Sequence record: SRR31156797_14741
Length of the DNA: 20,000 nucleotides
Strand: one strand, 5' to 3'
Shown piece by piece: positions 1 through 12,605 of this stretch. Position numbers and translations under genes: made by a program. Under the pieces are notes generated by a model. The model did not search any database. It was given only the letters and a program-made list of their open reading frames with translations, and was not told where the DNA came from. Within the stretch, counting starts at the first letter, position 1. Each line of letters starts with the position of its first letter.

Positions 1-168
1 GTGACAGTGGCTAAACCCGATAGAAAGGGGAGCTGCCTAGGTTGTTCTTTTGTATGACTCCTCGGAATAAGCAGGTCAGCTTATGGAGCATTTGTGCTTG
101 CGCTTGCTTTAACTGATTGCCTACGAAAGCAGCGAATCAGCAAGCTGGTTTGCGGTTTTTTCGCAGCA

Positions 169-1131
169 TCAATACCGTTCCAAACTGATTTCTCCAGAAG
201 AAAGCACCTTGCGCTCCGTCGCTGTTTCCACCACTAATTCACCGGTGTTGGTAATGTCTTTGGCGATCCCTTCATAGGTCACACCTTGTTGCGTAAATTG
301 AACGGTGCGGCCCAAAACGAAGGATTTCTGCCGATAGCGGGCCATATAATTCATGTCAGGCAGTTGCGCTAACAATTGGAAGAACCGACGCCAAATTTCT
401 TGGATCAACGCGGCCCGAGAAAAGGTTGGATACTCTTCACCAGGAAAGAGTGATGTCGCTTTTTCCCGAATCTCTGCTGGAAACTGCTGTTGCGGAATTG
501 AAAAACTGATGCCGATACCGATCACAACCGAAGTAATACGGCCTGTCTCAAAGTCACTGGTTGCTTCAGACAAAATACCGCAGATTTTTTTTCCATCTAA
601 GTACAGATCGTTGACCCACTTAATGGCCGTTTCCTTCATTAGAAGGGCATCGATGGCTTCGGCAACTGCTACCGCCGCCAGAACGGTATATTGCGGCAAT
701 TCTTGAAACGCTTGGTTTGGTTTTAAAAGCAAGCTCATATAGATCCCTTGTTTTTTCGGTGAGAAAAACGGTCGTTCGAAGCGGCCATGACCGCCTGTTT
801 GCGTTTCGGTCAAAAAAAGGGCGGGGGTTGCCAGTCCACTATCCAAAGCGGCAATCTTGGCTTCTTTCATGGTGGATTCAACAGCTTCCTTGATTTGAAT
901 CGTGGGAATCATCGGCAAGGCTGCCGCAAGTGCTGCTTGATCGTATCGATCATCCGAGACAAAGCGATAGCCGTTGGCCAAGTGTTCGAAATGATAGCCT
1001 TCTTTCTCGAGTTCTTTAATGGCTTTCCAGACTGCTGTACGGGAGATCGACAAAGCTTGGGCCAGTTTCTCTCCAGATAGCACAGTATCTTCTTTTTGTA
1101 ATAAGGTCAGTATTTTTTCTTTTGTCGTCAT
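169..1131 (-). CDS. birA: Bifunctional biotin--[acetyl-CoA-carboxylase] ligase / biotin repressor (group II BirA)
   Basis: 320 aa. N-terminal wHTH (LSGEKLAQALSISRTAVWKAIKEL), biotin-binding loop QTGGHGR, KWVND and KKICGILSE catalytic motifs, and a C-terminal SH3-like end (GELVV...LSSGEIS). RBS-like AGGAAGGG upstream on the minus strand. Confidence 0.95.
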   Translation of the reverse strand: MTTKEKILTLLQKEDTVLSGEKLAQALSISRTAVWKAIKELEKEGYHFEHLANGYRFVSDDRYDQAALAAALPMIPTIQIKEAVESTMKEAKIAALDSGLATPALFLTETQTGGHGRFERPFFSPKKQGIYMSLLLKPNQAFQELPQYTVLAAVAVAEAIDALLMKETAIKWVNDLYLDGKKICGILSEATSDFETGRITSVVIGIGISFSIPQQQFPAEIREKATSLFPGEEYPTFSRAALIQEIWRRFFQLLAQLPDMNYMARYRQKSFVLGRTVQFTQQGVTYEGIAKDITNTGELVVETATERKVLSSGEISLERY

Positions 1132-1148
1132 AAGGATATCCTTCCTAA

Positions 1149-1164
1149 TGTTTCACGTGTAACG
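1149..1164. other. parS-like centromere site (ParB/Spo0J binding)
   Basis: Plus strand TGTTTCACGTGTAACG, minus strand CGTTACACGTGAAACA. This has one mismatch to the Firmicutes parS consensus TGTTNCACGTGAAACA. Confidence 0.8.
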
Positions 1165-1172
1165 TTTTCGTT

Positions 1173-1200
1173 AGCATAGCAAGAAATCGGCAAAAAGCAA
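1173..1200 (-). promoter_or_regulatory. Putative sigma-A promoter of birA
   Basis: Minus strand TTGCTT (1200-1195), 16 bp spacer, extended -10 TGcTATGCT (hexamer 1178-1173). Confidence 0.5.
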
Positions 1201-1303
1201 AGTAGTTTCTTACGAAAAACCGTCCACACCATCCTTGTTTTTTTCTTTAGAAAATCTTAGGAAATGGGTGCGCCAGAAAAGCATTGGAACTTCCAATGAA
1301 AGC

Positions 1304-1332
1304 TTGACAGAGAAGTGCTTCATCTGTATAAT
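1304..1332 (+). promoter_or_regulatory. Consensus sigma-A promoter of rpoBC
   Basis: TTGACA (1304-1309), 17 bp spacer, TATAAT (1327-1332). A perfect consensus; predicted TSS near 1339. Confidence 0.9.
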
Positions 1333-1338
1333 AAGGAG

Positions 1339-1564
1339 TTGCAAAAACTATCTGAACGAAAAAAGCAGAAACGAAATATTGTCCGTTTCGGCTTAGGAAT
1401 AAGGAAACAAAAGTAGAAAATGCCCAATGCATCCGTTCTATTTTTGGTTTTTTTTTGCCTAAAAGCCGCAAAAAATGCTTTCTGTAACCTATATTTAATT
1501 TTTGTTACAGTTTTGTAAATAATCGGATAGCCTTTTTGAAAGACTTTATGAAGAGGTGAAGAGC
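1339..1564 (+). promoter_or_regulatory. Long structured rpoB 5' leader, probably containing the Lacto-rpoB RNA motif
   Basis: About 225 nt between the predicted TSS and the start codon. Hairpins at about 1363-1394 (AAGC.GAAACG/CGTTTC.GCTT), about 1405-1450 (AAAAGTAGAA/TTCTATTTTT) and 1482-1510 (CTGTAAC...GTTACAG). A conserved hairpin motif upstream of rpoB is known in Lactobacillales; the match was not computed. Confidence 0.55.
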
Positions 1565-5181
<3,617 letters not shown>

Positions 5182-5182
<1 letters not shown>

Positions 5183-5232
5183 TAGACGGCCCTCGCTATT
5201 TCCGCCACTAGCGGAAATAGCCCCCGTTCTAT
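5182..5232 (+). other. Intergenic stem-loop between rpoB and rpoC
   Basis: Perfect 11 bp stem GCTATTTCCGC (5195-5205) / GCGGAAATAGC (5211-5221) with loop CACTA. It extends via ATAGACGG / CCGTTCTAT. No U-tract follows. Confidence 0.7.
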
Positions 5233-5269
5233 CGGATATGTCCATGAAATGAAATGGAGGGAACCTTTT

Positions 5270-8200
5270 TTGATCGATGTAAATAAATTCGAAAGTATGC
5301 AAATCGGTTTGGCTTCTCCTGAAAAAATCAGAAGCTGGTCTTATGGTGAAGTAAAAAAACCAGAAACCATTAACTACCGTACGTTAAAACCTGAACGCGA
5401 AGGGTTGTTTGACGAGCGTATTTTCGGTCCAACCAAAGACTGGGAATGTGCTTGCGGCAAATACAAACGGATCCGCTATAAAGGCATCGTTTGTGACCGT
5501 TGCGGCGTGGAAGTAACACGTTCAAAAGTGCGTCGTGAACGCATGGGACACATTGAACTAGCAGCACCAGTATCACACATTTGGTACTTCAAAGGCATTC
5601 CTTCACGGATGGGTCTTGTCTTAGACATGAGCCCACGTGCATTAGAAGAAATCATCTACTTTGCTTCATACGTAGTGATTGAACCAGGAAACACCAGCCT
5701 TGAGAAAAAACAACTATTGACTGAACGGGAATACCGTGAAAAACGTGACCAATACGGTCAAGAATTTTCAGCAGCAATGGGTGCCGAAGCCATCAAACAA
5801 TTATTAGATGGCGTTGATCTTGAAGGCGAAGTTGCTGAATTAAAAGAAGAATTGAAAAACGCGACTGGTCAAAAACGGACCCGTGCGATCCGCCGTTTGG
5901 ATATCTTAGAAGCATTCCGTGCTTCAGGAAACAAACCAAGCTGGATGGTCATGGACGTTATCCCAGTTATCCCGCCTGATTTGCGTCCAATGGTGCAATT
6001 AGAAGGTGGACGTTTTGCCACAAGTGACTTGAACGACTTGTATCGTCGTGTAATCAACCGTAACAACCGTTTGAAACGCTTGTTAGATTTGAATGCACCA
6101 AACATCATCGTTCAAAATGAAAAACGGATGCTACAAGAAGCAGTCGATGCCTTGATCGATAACGGTCGTCGCGGCCGTCCAGTTGCAGGGCCAGGAAACC
6201 GCCCATTGAAATCTCTTTCTCACATGTTGAAAGGGAAACAAGGTCGTTTCCGTCAAAACTTGCTAGGAAAACGGGTCGACTACTCAGGTCGTTCAGTTAT
6301 CGTCGTGGGTCCATTCCTTAAAATGTACCAATGTGGTCTGCCAAAAGAAATGGCGATCGAATTATTCAAACCATTCGTGATGCGGGAACTTGTTTCTCGT
6401 GAAATCGCGTCAAACATCAAAAATGCCAAACGCAAAATCGAACGTCAAGAAGACGAAGTTTGGGATGTCTTAGAAGATGTTATCAGAGAACATCCAGTGC
6501 TATTGAACCGGGCACCTACGCTTCACAGATTAGGTATCCAAGCATTTGAACCCGTCTTAGTTGAAGGCCGTGCCATTCGTTTGCACCCACTTGTTTGTGA
6601 AGCCTACAATGCCGATTTCGATGGAGACCAAATGGCCGTTCACGTACCATTGAACGAAGAAGCGCAAGCAGAAGCACGTATGCTGATGTTAGCAGCCCAA
6701 AACATTTTGAATCCAAAAGACGGAAAACCAGTTGTAACACCATCTCAGGATATGGTCCTAGGGAACTACTACTTGACGATGGAAGAAGAAGGCCGTGAAG
6801 GGGAAGGCATGATCTTCCGTGACATGGACGAAGCAGTTACGGCATGGCGCAATGGCTACGTGCATTTACACACACGGATCGCCATCAATCCAAACACTTT
6901 AGGGGACAAACCATTCACGTCTGAACAAAAACAACGCTTGATGGTAACAACGGTGGGTAAAGTGATCTTTAACTCGATCATGCCACCAGAATTCCCATTC
7001 TTGAACGAACCGACAGACTACAACTTGACGGTTCAAACACCAGACAAGTACTTTATTGAAGCTGGTACAGATGTGCCTGCCTTCATCAAAGAACAAGAGC
7101 TTGTTGGCCCATTCAAGAAGAAAAACTTAGGAAACATCATTTCAGAAGTCTTCAAACGTTTCCGCATCACTGAAACGTCACGCATGCTTGACCGCATGAA
7201 AGACTTAGGATACAGCCACTCAACAATGGCGGGTATCACCGTTGGTATCGCTGATATCATGAACTTGCACGAAAAACATGAAATCATCGACAATGCCCAC
7301 AAGCAAGTAGAAACGATCACGAAACAATTCCGTCGTGGATTGATTACCGATGACGAGCGTTATGAACGAGTTATTGGTGTTTGGAATGCAGCCAAAGATG
7401 AAATTCAGTTAAAACTGATGGAATCATTGGAAGCGAAAAACCCAATCTTCATGATGTCTGATTCCGGTGCCCGTGGTAACATCTCCAACTTTACTCAGCT
7501 TGCTGGGATGCGTGGATTGATGGCCGCGCCTAACGGACGAATCATGGAGTTGCCGATCATCTCAAACTTCCGTGAAGGTCTGTCTGTCTTAGAAATGTTT
7601 ATCTCGACCCATGGTGCCCGTAAAGGGATGACCGATACCGCCTTGAAAACAGCCGATTCCGGTTACTTGACACGTCGTCTCGTTGACGTTGCCCAAGATG
7701 TCATCATCCGTGAAGACGATTGTGGTACTGACCGTGGTTTAGACATTCAAGCAATTCGCGAAGGAAACGAGATCATCGAATCCTTAGAAGAACGTTTGAT
7801 TGGACGTTACACACGTAAATCAGTGATCCATCCTGAAACTGGCGAAGTCCTTCTAGGGGTCAATGAATTGATCACTGAAGATTTAGCTAAAGCCATCGTG
7901 GACGCTGGTATCGAAACAGTATCCATTCGCTCTGTCTTTACATGTAACACCAAACATGGTGTATGTAAACATTGTTATGGCCGCAACTTAGCTACTGGTT
8001 CTGAAGTTGAAGTTGGGGAAGCAGTCGGTACCATCGCTGCCCAATCAATCGGTGAACCTGGTACTCAGTTGACCATGCGTACCTTCCATACCGGCGGGGT
8101 TGCCGGAGACGATATCACGCAAGGTCTCCCTCGTGTCCAAGAAATCTTTGAAGCCCGTAATCCGAAAGGACAAGCGGTCATTACCGAAGTTACCGGAGAA

Positions 8201-8920
8201 GTCATCGATATCTCAGAAGACCCTTCAACTCGGACCAAAGAAGTGACTATCAAAGGGGAAACCGATACGCGTACGTATACCGTTCCTTATACTGCCCGGA
8301 TGAAAGTAGCAGAAGGCGACTTTATCCATCGTGGTGCGCCATTGACGGAAGGTTCGATCGATCCAAAACAACTGTTACAAGTTCGCGATGTCTTGTCTGT
8401 TGAAAACTACCTATTACGGGAAGTTCAACGCGTTTACCGGATGCAAGGGGTAGAAATCGGCGACAAACATATCGAAGTAATGGTTCGTCAAATGCTGCGT
8501 AAAGTCCGCGTCATGGATCCAGGTGATTCAGGCATCTTGCCAGGAACATTGTTGGATATCGCCGACTTTAAAGACCGCAACTACGACACATTGGTAGCCG
8601 GCGGCGTTCCTGCAACTAGCCGTCCAGTCCTACTAGGGATCACGAAAGCATCTTTGGAAACCAACAGCTTCTTGTCTGCTGCGTCCTTCCAAGAAACCAC
8701 TCGTGTGTTGACCGATGCAGCGATCCGCGGCAAGAAAGATCCACTTCTTGGATTGAAAGAAAATGTTATCATCGGTAAGATCATCCCAGCTGGTACTGGT
8801 ATGCCTCGTTACCGTGAAATGGAACCAAAAGAAGTAACAGTTGCCAGCGAAAATGTCTACAGCATCTCAGACATCGAAGCACAAATGGCTGCTGAAGACG
8901 CATTGAATAGCCAAAACTAA
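5270..8920 (+). CDS. rpoC: DNA-directed RNA polymerase subunit beta'
   Basis: Catalytic NADFDGD, zinc-binding CACGKY...CDRC, trigger loop [13 protein letters not shown]. Probable start is TTG at 5270 ([14 protein letters not shown]), after RBS GGAGG at 5256-5260. Confidence 0.99.
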   Translation: MIDVNKFESMQIGLASPEKIRSWSYGEVKKPETINYRTLKPEREGLFDERIFGPTKDWECACGKYKRIRYKGIVCDRCGVEVTRSKVRRERMGHIELAAPVSHIWYFKGIPSRMGLVLDMSPRALEEIIYFASYVVIEPGNTSLEKKQLLTEREYREKRDQYGQEFSAAMGAEAIKQLLDGVDLEGEVAELKEELKNATGQKRTRAIRRLDILEAFRASGNKPSWMVMDVIPVIPPDLRPMVQLEGGRFATSDLNDLYRRVINRNNRLKRLLDLNAPNIIVQNEKRMLQEAVDALIDNGRRGRPVAGPGNRPLKSLSHMLKGKQGRFRQNLLGKRVDYSGRSVIVVGPFLKMYQCGLPKEMAIELFKPFVMRELVSREIASNIKNAKRKIERQEDEVWDVLEDVIREHPVLLNRAPTLHRLGIQAFEPVLVEGRAIRLHPLVCEAYNADFDGDQMAVHVPLNEEAQAEARMLMLAAQNILNPKDGKPVVTPSQDMVLGNYYLTMEEEGREGEGMIFRDMDEAVTAWRNGYVHLHTRIAINPNTLGDKPFTSEQKQRLMVTTVGKVIFNSIMPPEFPFLNEPTDYNLTVQTPDKYFIEAGTDVPAFIKEQELVGPFKKKNLGNIISEVFKRFRITETSRMLDRMKDLGYSHSTMAGITVGIADIMNLHEKHEIIDNAHKQVETITKQFRRGLITDDERYERVIGVWNAAKDEIQLKLMESLEAKNPIFMMSDSGARGNISNFTQLAGMRGLMAAPNGRIMELPIISNFREGLSVLEMFISTHGARKGMTDTALKTADSGYLTRRLVDVAQDVIIREDDCGTDRGLDIQAIREGNEIIESLEERLIGRYTRKSVIHPETGEVLLGVNELITEDLAKAIVDAGIETVSIRSVFTCNTKHGVCKHCYGRNLATGSEVEVGEAVGTIAAQSIGEPGTQLTMRTFHTGGVAGDDITQGLPRVQEIFEARNPKGQAVITEVTGEVIDISEDPSTRTKEVTIKGETDTRTYTVPYTARMKVAEGDFIHRGAPLTEGSIDPKQLLQVRDVLSVENYLLREVQRVYRMQGVEIGDKHIEVMVRQMLRKVRVMDPGDSGILPGTLLDIADFKDRNYDTLVAGGVPATSRPVLLGITKASLETNSFLSAASFQETTRVLTDAAIRGKKDPLLGLKENVIIGKIIPAGTGMPRYREMEPKEVTVASENVYSISDIEAQMAAEDALNSQN

Positions 8921-8955
8921 TCAATGCCCAGCACCTGATTGACTCAGTGTGACGG

Positions 8956-8992
8956 AAAAGCTTGTCATTCTTCGGAATGGCAAGCTTTTTTT
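8956..8992 (+). terminator. Rho-independent terminator of rpoBC
   Basis: AAAAGCTTGTCATTC-TTCG-GAATGGCAAGCTTTTTTT: long stem, C(UUCG)G tetraloop, U-tract. Confidence 0.92.
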
Positions 8993-9068
8993 GTTTAGCA
9001 AAAGGAAATATCACGAAAATGAATGCGCCCTTCTTTCATCCTAGAAAAGGGGCATTTGGGACGATTGA

Positions 9069-9082
9069 TGAAAGCGTTATTT
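9069..9082 (+). promoter_or_regulatory. cre-like (CcpA) site upstream of the PTS operon
   Basis: TGAAAGCGTTATTT against consensus TGWNANCGNTNWCA; the first 12 positions fit and the terminal CA does not. The context (a sugar PTS operon) is appropriate. Confidence 0.5.
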
Positions 9083-9164
9083 TTAAAATGTCCAAATCAG
9101 TGGACATCGATTAAGAATTACTAGAGACAAAGAAGGCTATAGTAAAGATACGGAGGGAGACAGT

Positions 9165-10631
9165 ATGAAGCTGAGCAAGAGAGAAACACGTTTGATTGAG
9201 CAGTTTATGACACAAGGAATGAATTTGACCGCTAATGAACTAGCCACAGCTGCTAAGGTTTCAACAAAAACCATTTATCGGACGATCAAACGGATCAATG
9301 AGGCTGCTGGTTCAGAAATCATTCGGTCTGAAATCGGCAAAGGATTTTGTTTGGATTATGAAGCGTATCTCAAAGGCACGATTGAAAATCAAGAAACGGA
9401 TCAAAATGATGAGCCGCTTGAGCGGCGTCATGCGATTGCACTGCATTTATTGTTTAAATCACCAAAGCGATTAATGATCAAAGAGCTGTTCGCCCCTTAC
9501 TATTTGAGTGAAGCAGTGATAATTAGTGATATCAATCGTCTTTCGGAATATTTTCAGTACTTTGAACTCCAGTTGATCCGATCCGATAAGAGAATTGCAG
9601 TGATTGGTACCGAAAAAAATATCCGTCGCTGTGTCAATGATCTCTTTACGAAGACCCATGTGTGGAATGAAGAAATGGTTACGCAAAAATATCCCATCAA
9701 TGCCTTTGATATCAACTTTATTACCTCAATTCTTGAATTTATTGAGCGAAAACTCGCGAACAGTATTGCGTATCCTTACAATATGAATATTTTCTCGCAT
9801 CTGTATATTCTGATTTTACGAATGAGAGAAGGAGAAATTGACCGCGAAGAATTTATTGAGGGCTTAGATGAGGAAGAACAGCATTTGATTGACCAGCACC
9901 AAGAGTTTTATCAAATTGCCCAACAAGTGATTGAAAAAATCAATGCCTATCTCGTGACGGAGCTGCCAGAAAGTGAGGTATTTTATCTCTACCAGTATTT
10001 AGTGTCTTCCAGAGTGGAAAACAAACCCTTGGCAATGACCAATCTGACAAAAGAAGCCAGCGAAATCACGGAGTTTTTTACTAAGCAGATGGAAAAAGCA
10101 CTGGGTATTCAATTGAACCAGCAAACAGACAAGACCGATCTACTTTGCCATATTCAGCCGATGCTCTATCGGCTAAAGAATAAAATTATCGTGAAAAATG
10201 GCCTGTTAAGTGACATCCAACTGGAGTACCCAAGGATTTTTGAGCAAGTGGCACAAGTCAGCAAGGAAGTGGAGCAAACCTATGGAACGAATCCCATATC
10301 GGAAGACGAGATTGGTTTCTTGGTGCTGTATTTTGTGAAATTTAAAGTCATTCGTCGGCGCAGACAGCGAGTCTTAATTATGTGCAGCAGCGGCGTAGGG
10401 ACTTCTGAACTGCTGAAAGTCAAAGTCCAACGGGCATTTCCAGAGTTGGATATCGTGGATGTGCTTTCCGCTCGTATGTACCGAAAGCATGCGCAAGACT
10501 ATCAGGATATCGATCTGATCTTAACCACCATTAATTTGCCAGTAGAAACAAAGGTGCCGACGATTTTAGTCAATTCGGTTTTTACCAAACAGGATGAAAA
10601 GCGAGTCAAACAACTATTAGGAGAGATGTAA
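9165..10631 (+). CDS. PRD-containing PTS-regulated transcriptional regulator (LicR/ManR/MtlR-like; HTH, Mga-like domain, 2 PRD, EIIB-like domain)
   Basis: 488 aa. N-terminal HTH (TANELATAAKVSTKTIYRTI), PRD segments (NIFSHL; LLCHIQPMLYRL...ISEDEIGFLVLYF) and an EIIB-like loop VLIMCSSGVGTS. RBS GGAGG at 9152-9156. Confidence 0.9.
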   Translation: MKLSKRETRLIEQFMTQGMNLTANELATAAKVSTKTIYRTIKRINEAAGSEIIRSEIGKGFCLDYEAYLKGTIENQETDQNDEPLERRHAIALHLLFKSPKRLMIKELFAPYYLSEAVIISDINRLSEYFQYFELQLIRSDKRIAVIGTEKNIRRCVNDLFTKTHVWNEEMVTQKYPINAFDINFITSILEFIERKLANSIAYPYNMNIFSHLYILILRMREGEIDREEFIEGLDEEEQHLIDQHQEFYQIAQQVIEKINAYLVTELPESEVFYLYQYLVSSRVENKPLAMTNLTKEASEITEFFTKQMEKALGIQLNQQTDKTDLLCHIQPMLYRLKNKIIVKNGLLSDIQLEYPRIFEQVAQVSKEVEQTYGTNPISEDEIGFLVLYFVKFKVIRRRRQRVLIMCSSGVGTSELLKVKVQRAFPELDIVDVLSARMYRKHAQDYQDIDLILTTINLPVETKVPTILVNSVFTKQDEKRVKQLLGEM

Positions 10632-10633
10632 AG

Positions 10634-11131
10634 ATGAAAAACGAAAGCCAAACGATCCAAGCGTTCAGCATCGCAGATGTAATCAATCCCAATCTTATCA
10701 AGATGGAAATGGAAGCGAATTCAAAAGAAGAAGCGATCACTGAACTGTCTGAACTTTTATATGAAAACCAGATAATTACCGATTTAGCAGGGTTCACCCA
10801 AGATGTCTTTGCCCGAGAAGCAGAAGGAATGACCGGTATCGGACATGGCTTAGCAATCCCACATGGAAAGTCAGACTGTGTGAAAAAAACCTCTTTAGTG
10901 ATCGGAAAAACCAAGCGTCCGCTTGAATGGGAGTCAATCGATGAAGCGCCCGTTCAAGTAATTATCTTGTTTGCAGTCAAAAATACCGATGCCAATACGA
11001 TGCATATCAAGCTGCTGCAAAAGGTAGCGATGCTACTAGCGGATGAATCGTTTATTGATCGTCTCGTTGCGTCAGGGACCAAGGATCAAATGATGGCCTT
11101 GCTTGCAAAAGATCCAATGGCAGAAAACTAA
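10634..11131 (+). CDS. PTS fructose/mannitol-family EIIA component
   Basis: 165 aa with motif REAEGMTGIGHGLAIPHGKS (phospho-His in AIPH) and HIKLLQKVA. Confidence 0.93.
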   Translation: MKNESQTIQAFSIADVINPNLIKMEMEANSKEEAITELSELLYENQIITDLAGFTQDVFAREAEGMTGIGHGLAIPHGKSDCVKKTSLVIGKTKRPLEWESIDEAPVQVIILFAVKNTDANTMHIKLLQKVAMLLADESFIDRLVASGTKDQMMALLAKDPMAEN

Positions 11132-11147
11132 GAAAGGGGGAGAAGAG

Positions 11148-11462
11148 ATGAAAATCGTTGGTGTAGCTGCTTGTACTTCAGGAATCGCTCATACGTATAT
11201 CGCTAAGCAAAAAATCGAAACAGCTGCGAAAGAACTTGGTCATGAAGTCCATATCGAAACCCAAGGAACCATCGGGACGGAAAGTGAATTGACGGAAGCC
11301 GCTATTCAAGCAGCCGATGTTGTCATTATTGCGGCAGATATCAAAATCGGCGGCAGAGACCGCTTTGAAGGCAAGCGAATAGTAGAAATTCCAACTAGTA
11401 TGGTGATCAAAGCGCCTAAGCGTTTGCTTGAAACAATTGAAGAAAAATTAAATCAGGGATGA
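11148..11462 (+). CDS. PTS fructose-family EIIB component
   Basis: MKIVGVAACTSGIAHTY with the phospho-Cys loop, plus ETQG and ADVVIIAAD. The ATG at 11148 after AAAGGGGG is more plausible than the track's 11103. Confidence 0.93.
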   Translation: MKIVGVAACTSGIAHTYIAKQKIETAAKELGHEVHIETQGTIGTESELTEAAIQAADVVIIAADIKIGGRDRFEGKRIVEIPTSMVIKAPKRLLETIEEKLNQG

Positions 11463-11499
11463 ATCAATAAATGTTCTGACAATTCAAATTTAAAGGGGG

Positions 11500-12588
11500 A
11501 TGAAACAAATGATGAAACAGCTGCAGTTGAAAAAACATGCCTTAACCGCCATCTCGTATATGCTGCCGGTCGTTGTAACAGCCGGACTTTTGATCGCTAT
11601 CGGCAATCTTGCCAACGGCACGGTCATTGAAAATTACGATGCTGCCTATACGATCCCGGATGCACTGGTTTCGTTGGGCGTTTTAGGGATGGGGCTACTG
11701 GCGCCAGTGATCGCTGCCGCGATCGCCTATTCCATTGCTGATCGTCCAGGAATCGCTCCGGGTCTTTTTATGGGACTGATTGCCAATGCGATTGGCGCAG
11801 GCTTTCTAGGGGGAATGTTAGGAGGCTATCTCGCAGGTTATCTGGTCTTATTCTTAGTAAAAAACCTTAAAGTACCACGTTGGGCACAAGGTCTGATGCC
11901 AATGATGATCGTACCGGTCTTGTCGACACTGATCGTCGGTGCTTTGATGTTCTTCGTCATCGGTGTACCGATCGTGTGGGCTACGGAGGCGTTGACTACC
12001 TTCTTAACGAATCTGCAAGGCTCGGGGAATTTCTTATTTGGCGCGATTGTCGGTGGCATGGCTGCCTTTGATTTTGGCGGACCCGTCAACAAAGTCGCCT
12101 CGCTATTTGCTGATGGGCTATTACTGGAAGGCATTCAAGAACCCGAAGCCGTGAAAATTTTAGCCTCAATGGTGCCGCCCTTTGGTGTTACGATCTCTTG
12201 GGTCCTCTCTCGTCTCTTACGCCGGCCCAAATATTCTACGGAAGAAGAAGACAACATCAAGATCGCTTTTCCAATGGGCCTTTGTATGATTACAGAAGGA
12301 GTGATCCCGATCGCTGCCGTCGATCCGTTTCGCGTCATTTTTTCTTGTACGGTCGGAGCAGCCGTCGGCGGTGGTCTAAGCATGGTTTGGGGCGTCGGTT
12401 CACCAGTGCCATCTGGTGGGGTCTTCATCATTCCTGCCATGACGGATCCACTGAAATTTACCATCGCACTCCTGATTGGTTCTGCCATCACCGGTGTTTT
12501 GCTGTTTGCATTGAAAAAGGCGCCCGTGGAAACGCCGATCATGGAAGAGGAAGAAGACATTGACTTTTCGTCGATTGAAATTTCCTAA
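11500..12588 (+). CDS. PTS fructose-family EIIC permease
   Basis: 362 aa hydrophobic protein with SYMLPVVV, SIADRPGIAPG, GFLGG, AFDFGGPVNK and ITEGVIP, all typical of Fru-family IIC. Confidence 0.95.
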   Translation: MKQMMKQLQLKKHALTAISYMLPVVVTAGLLIAIGNLANGTVIENYDAAYTIPDALVSLGVLGMGLLAPVIAAAIAYSIADRPGIAPGLFMGLIANAIGAGFLGGMLGGYLAGYLVLFLVKNLKVPRWAQGLMPMMIVPVLSTLIVGALMFFVIGVPIVWATEALTTFLTNLQGSGNFLFGAIVGGMAAFDFGGPVNKVASLFADGLLLEGIQEPEAVKILASMVPPFGVTISWVLSRLLRRPKYSTEEEDNIKIAFPMGLCMITEGVIPIAAVDPFRVIFSCTVGAAVGGGLSMVWGVGSPVPSGGVFIIPAMTDPLKFTIALLIGSAITGVLLFALKKAPVETPIMEEEEDIDFSSIEIS

Positions 12589-12605
12589 AAAAAGGAGCGA
12601 AGAAA

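Noticed and set aside
775..800. BirA loop GHGR instead of GRGR as a sign of inactivation
   Set aside because: The second Arg, KWxND and the catalytic Lys (KKICGIL) are retained. Such variation is compatible with activity.
9020..9057. Second cre-like sequence or imperfect hairpin after the rpoC terminator
   Set aside because: Several mismatches to cre, and the stem is bulged with a weak U-tract. Not supportable.
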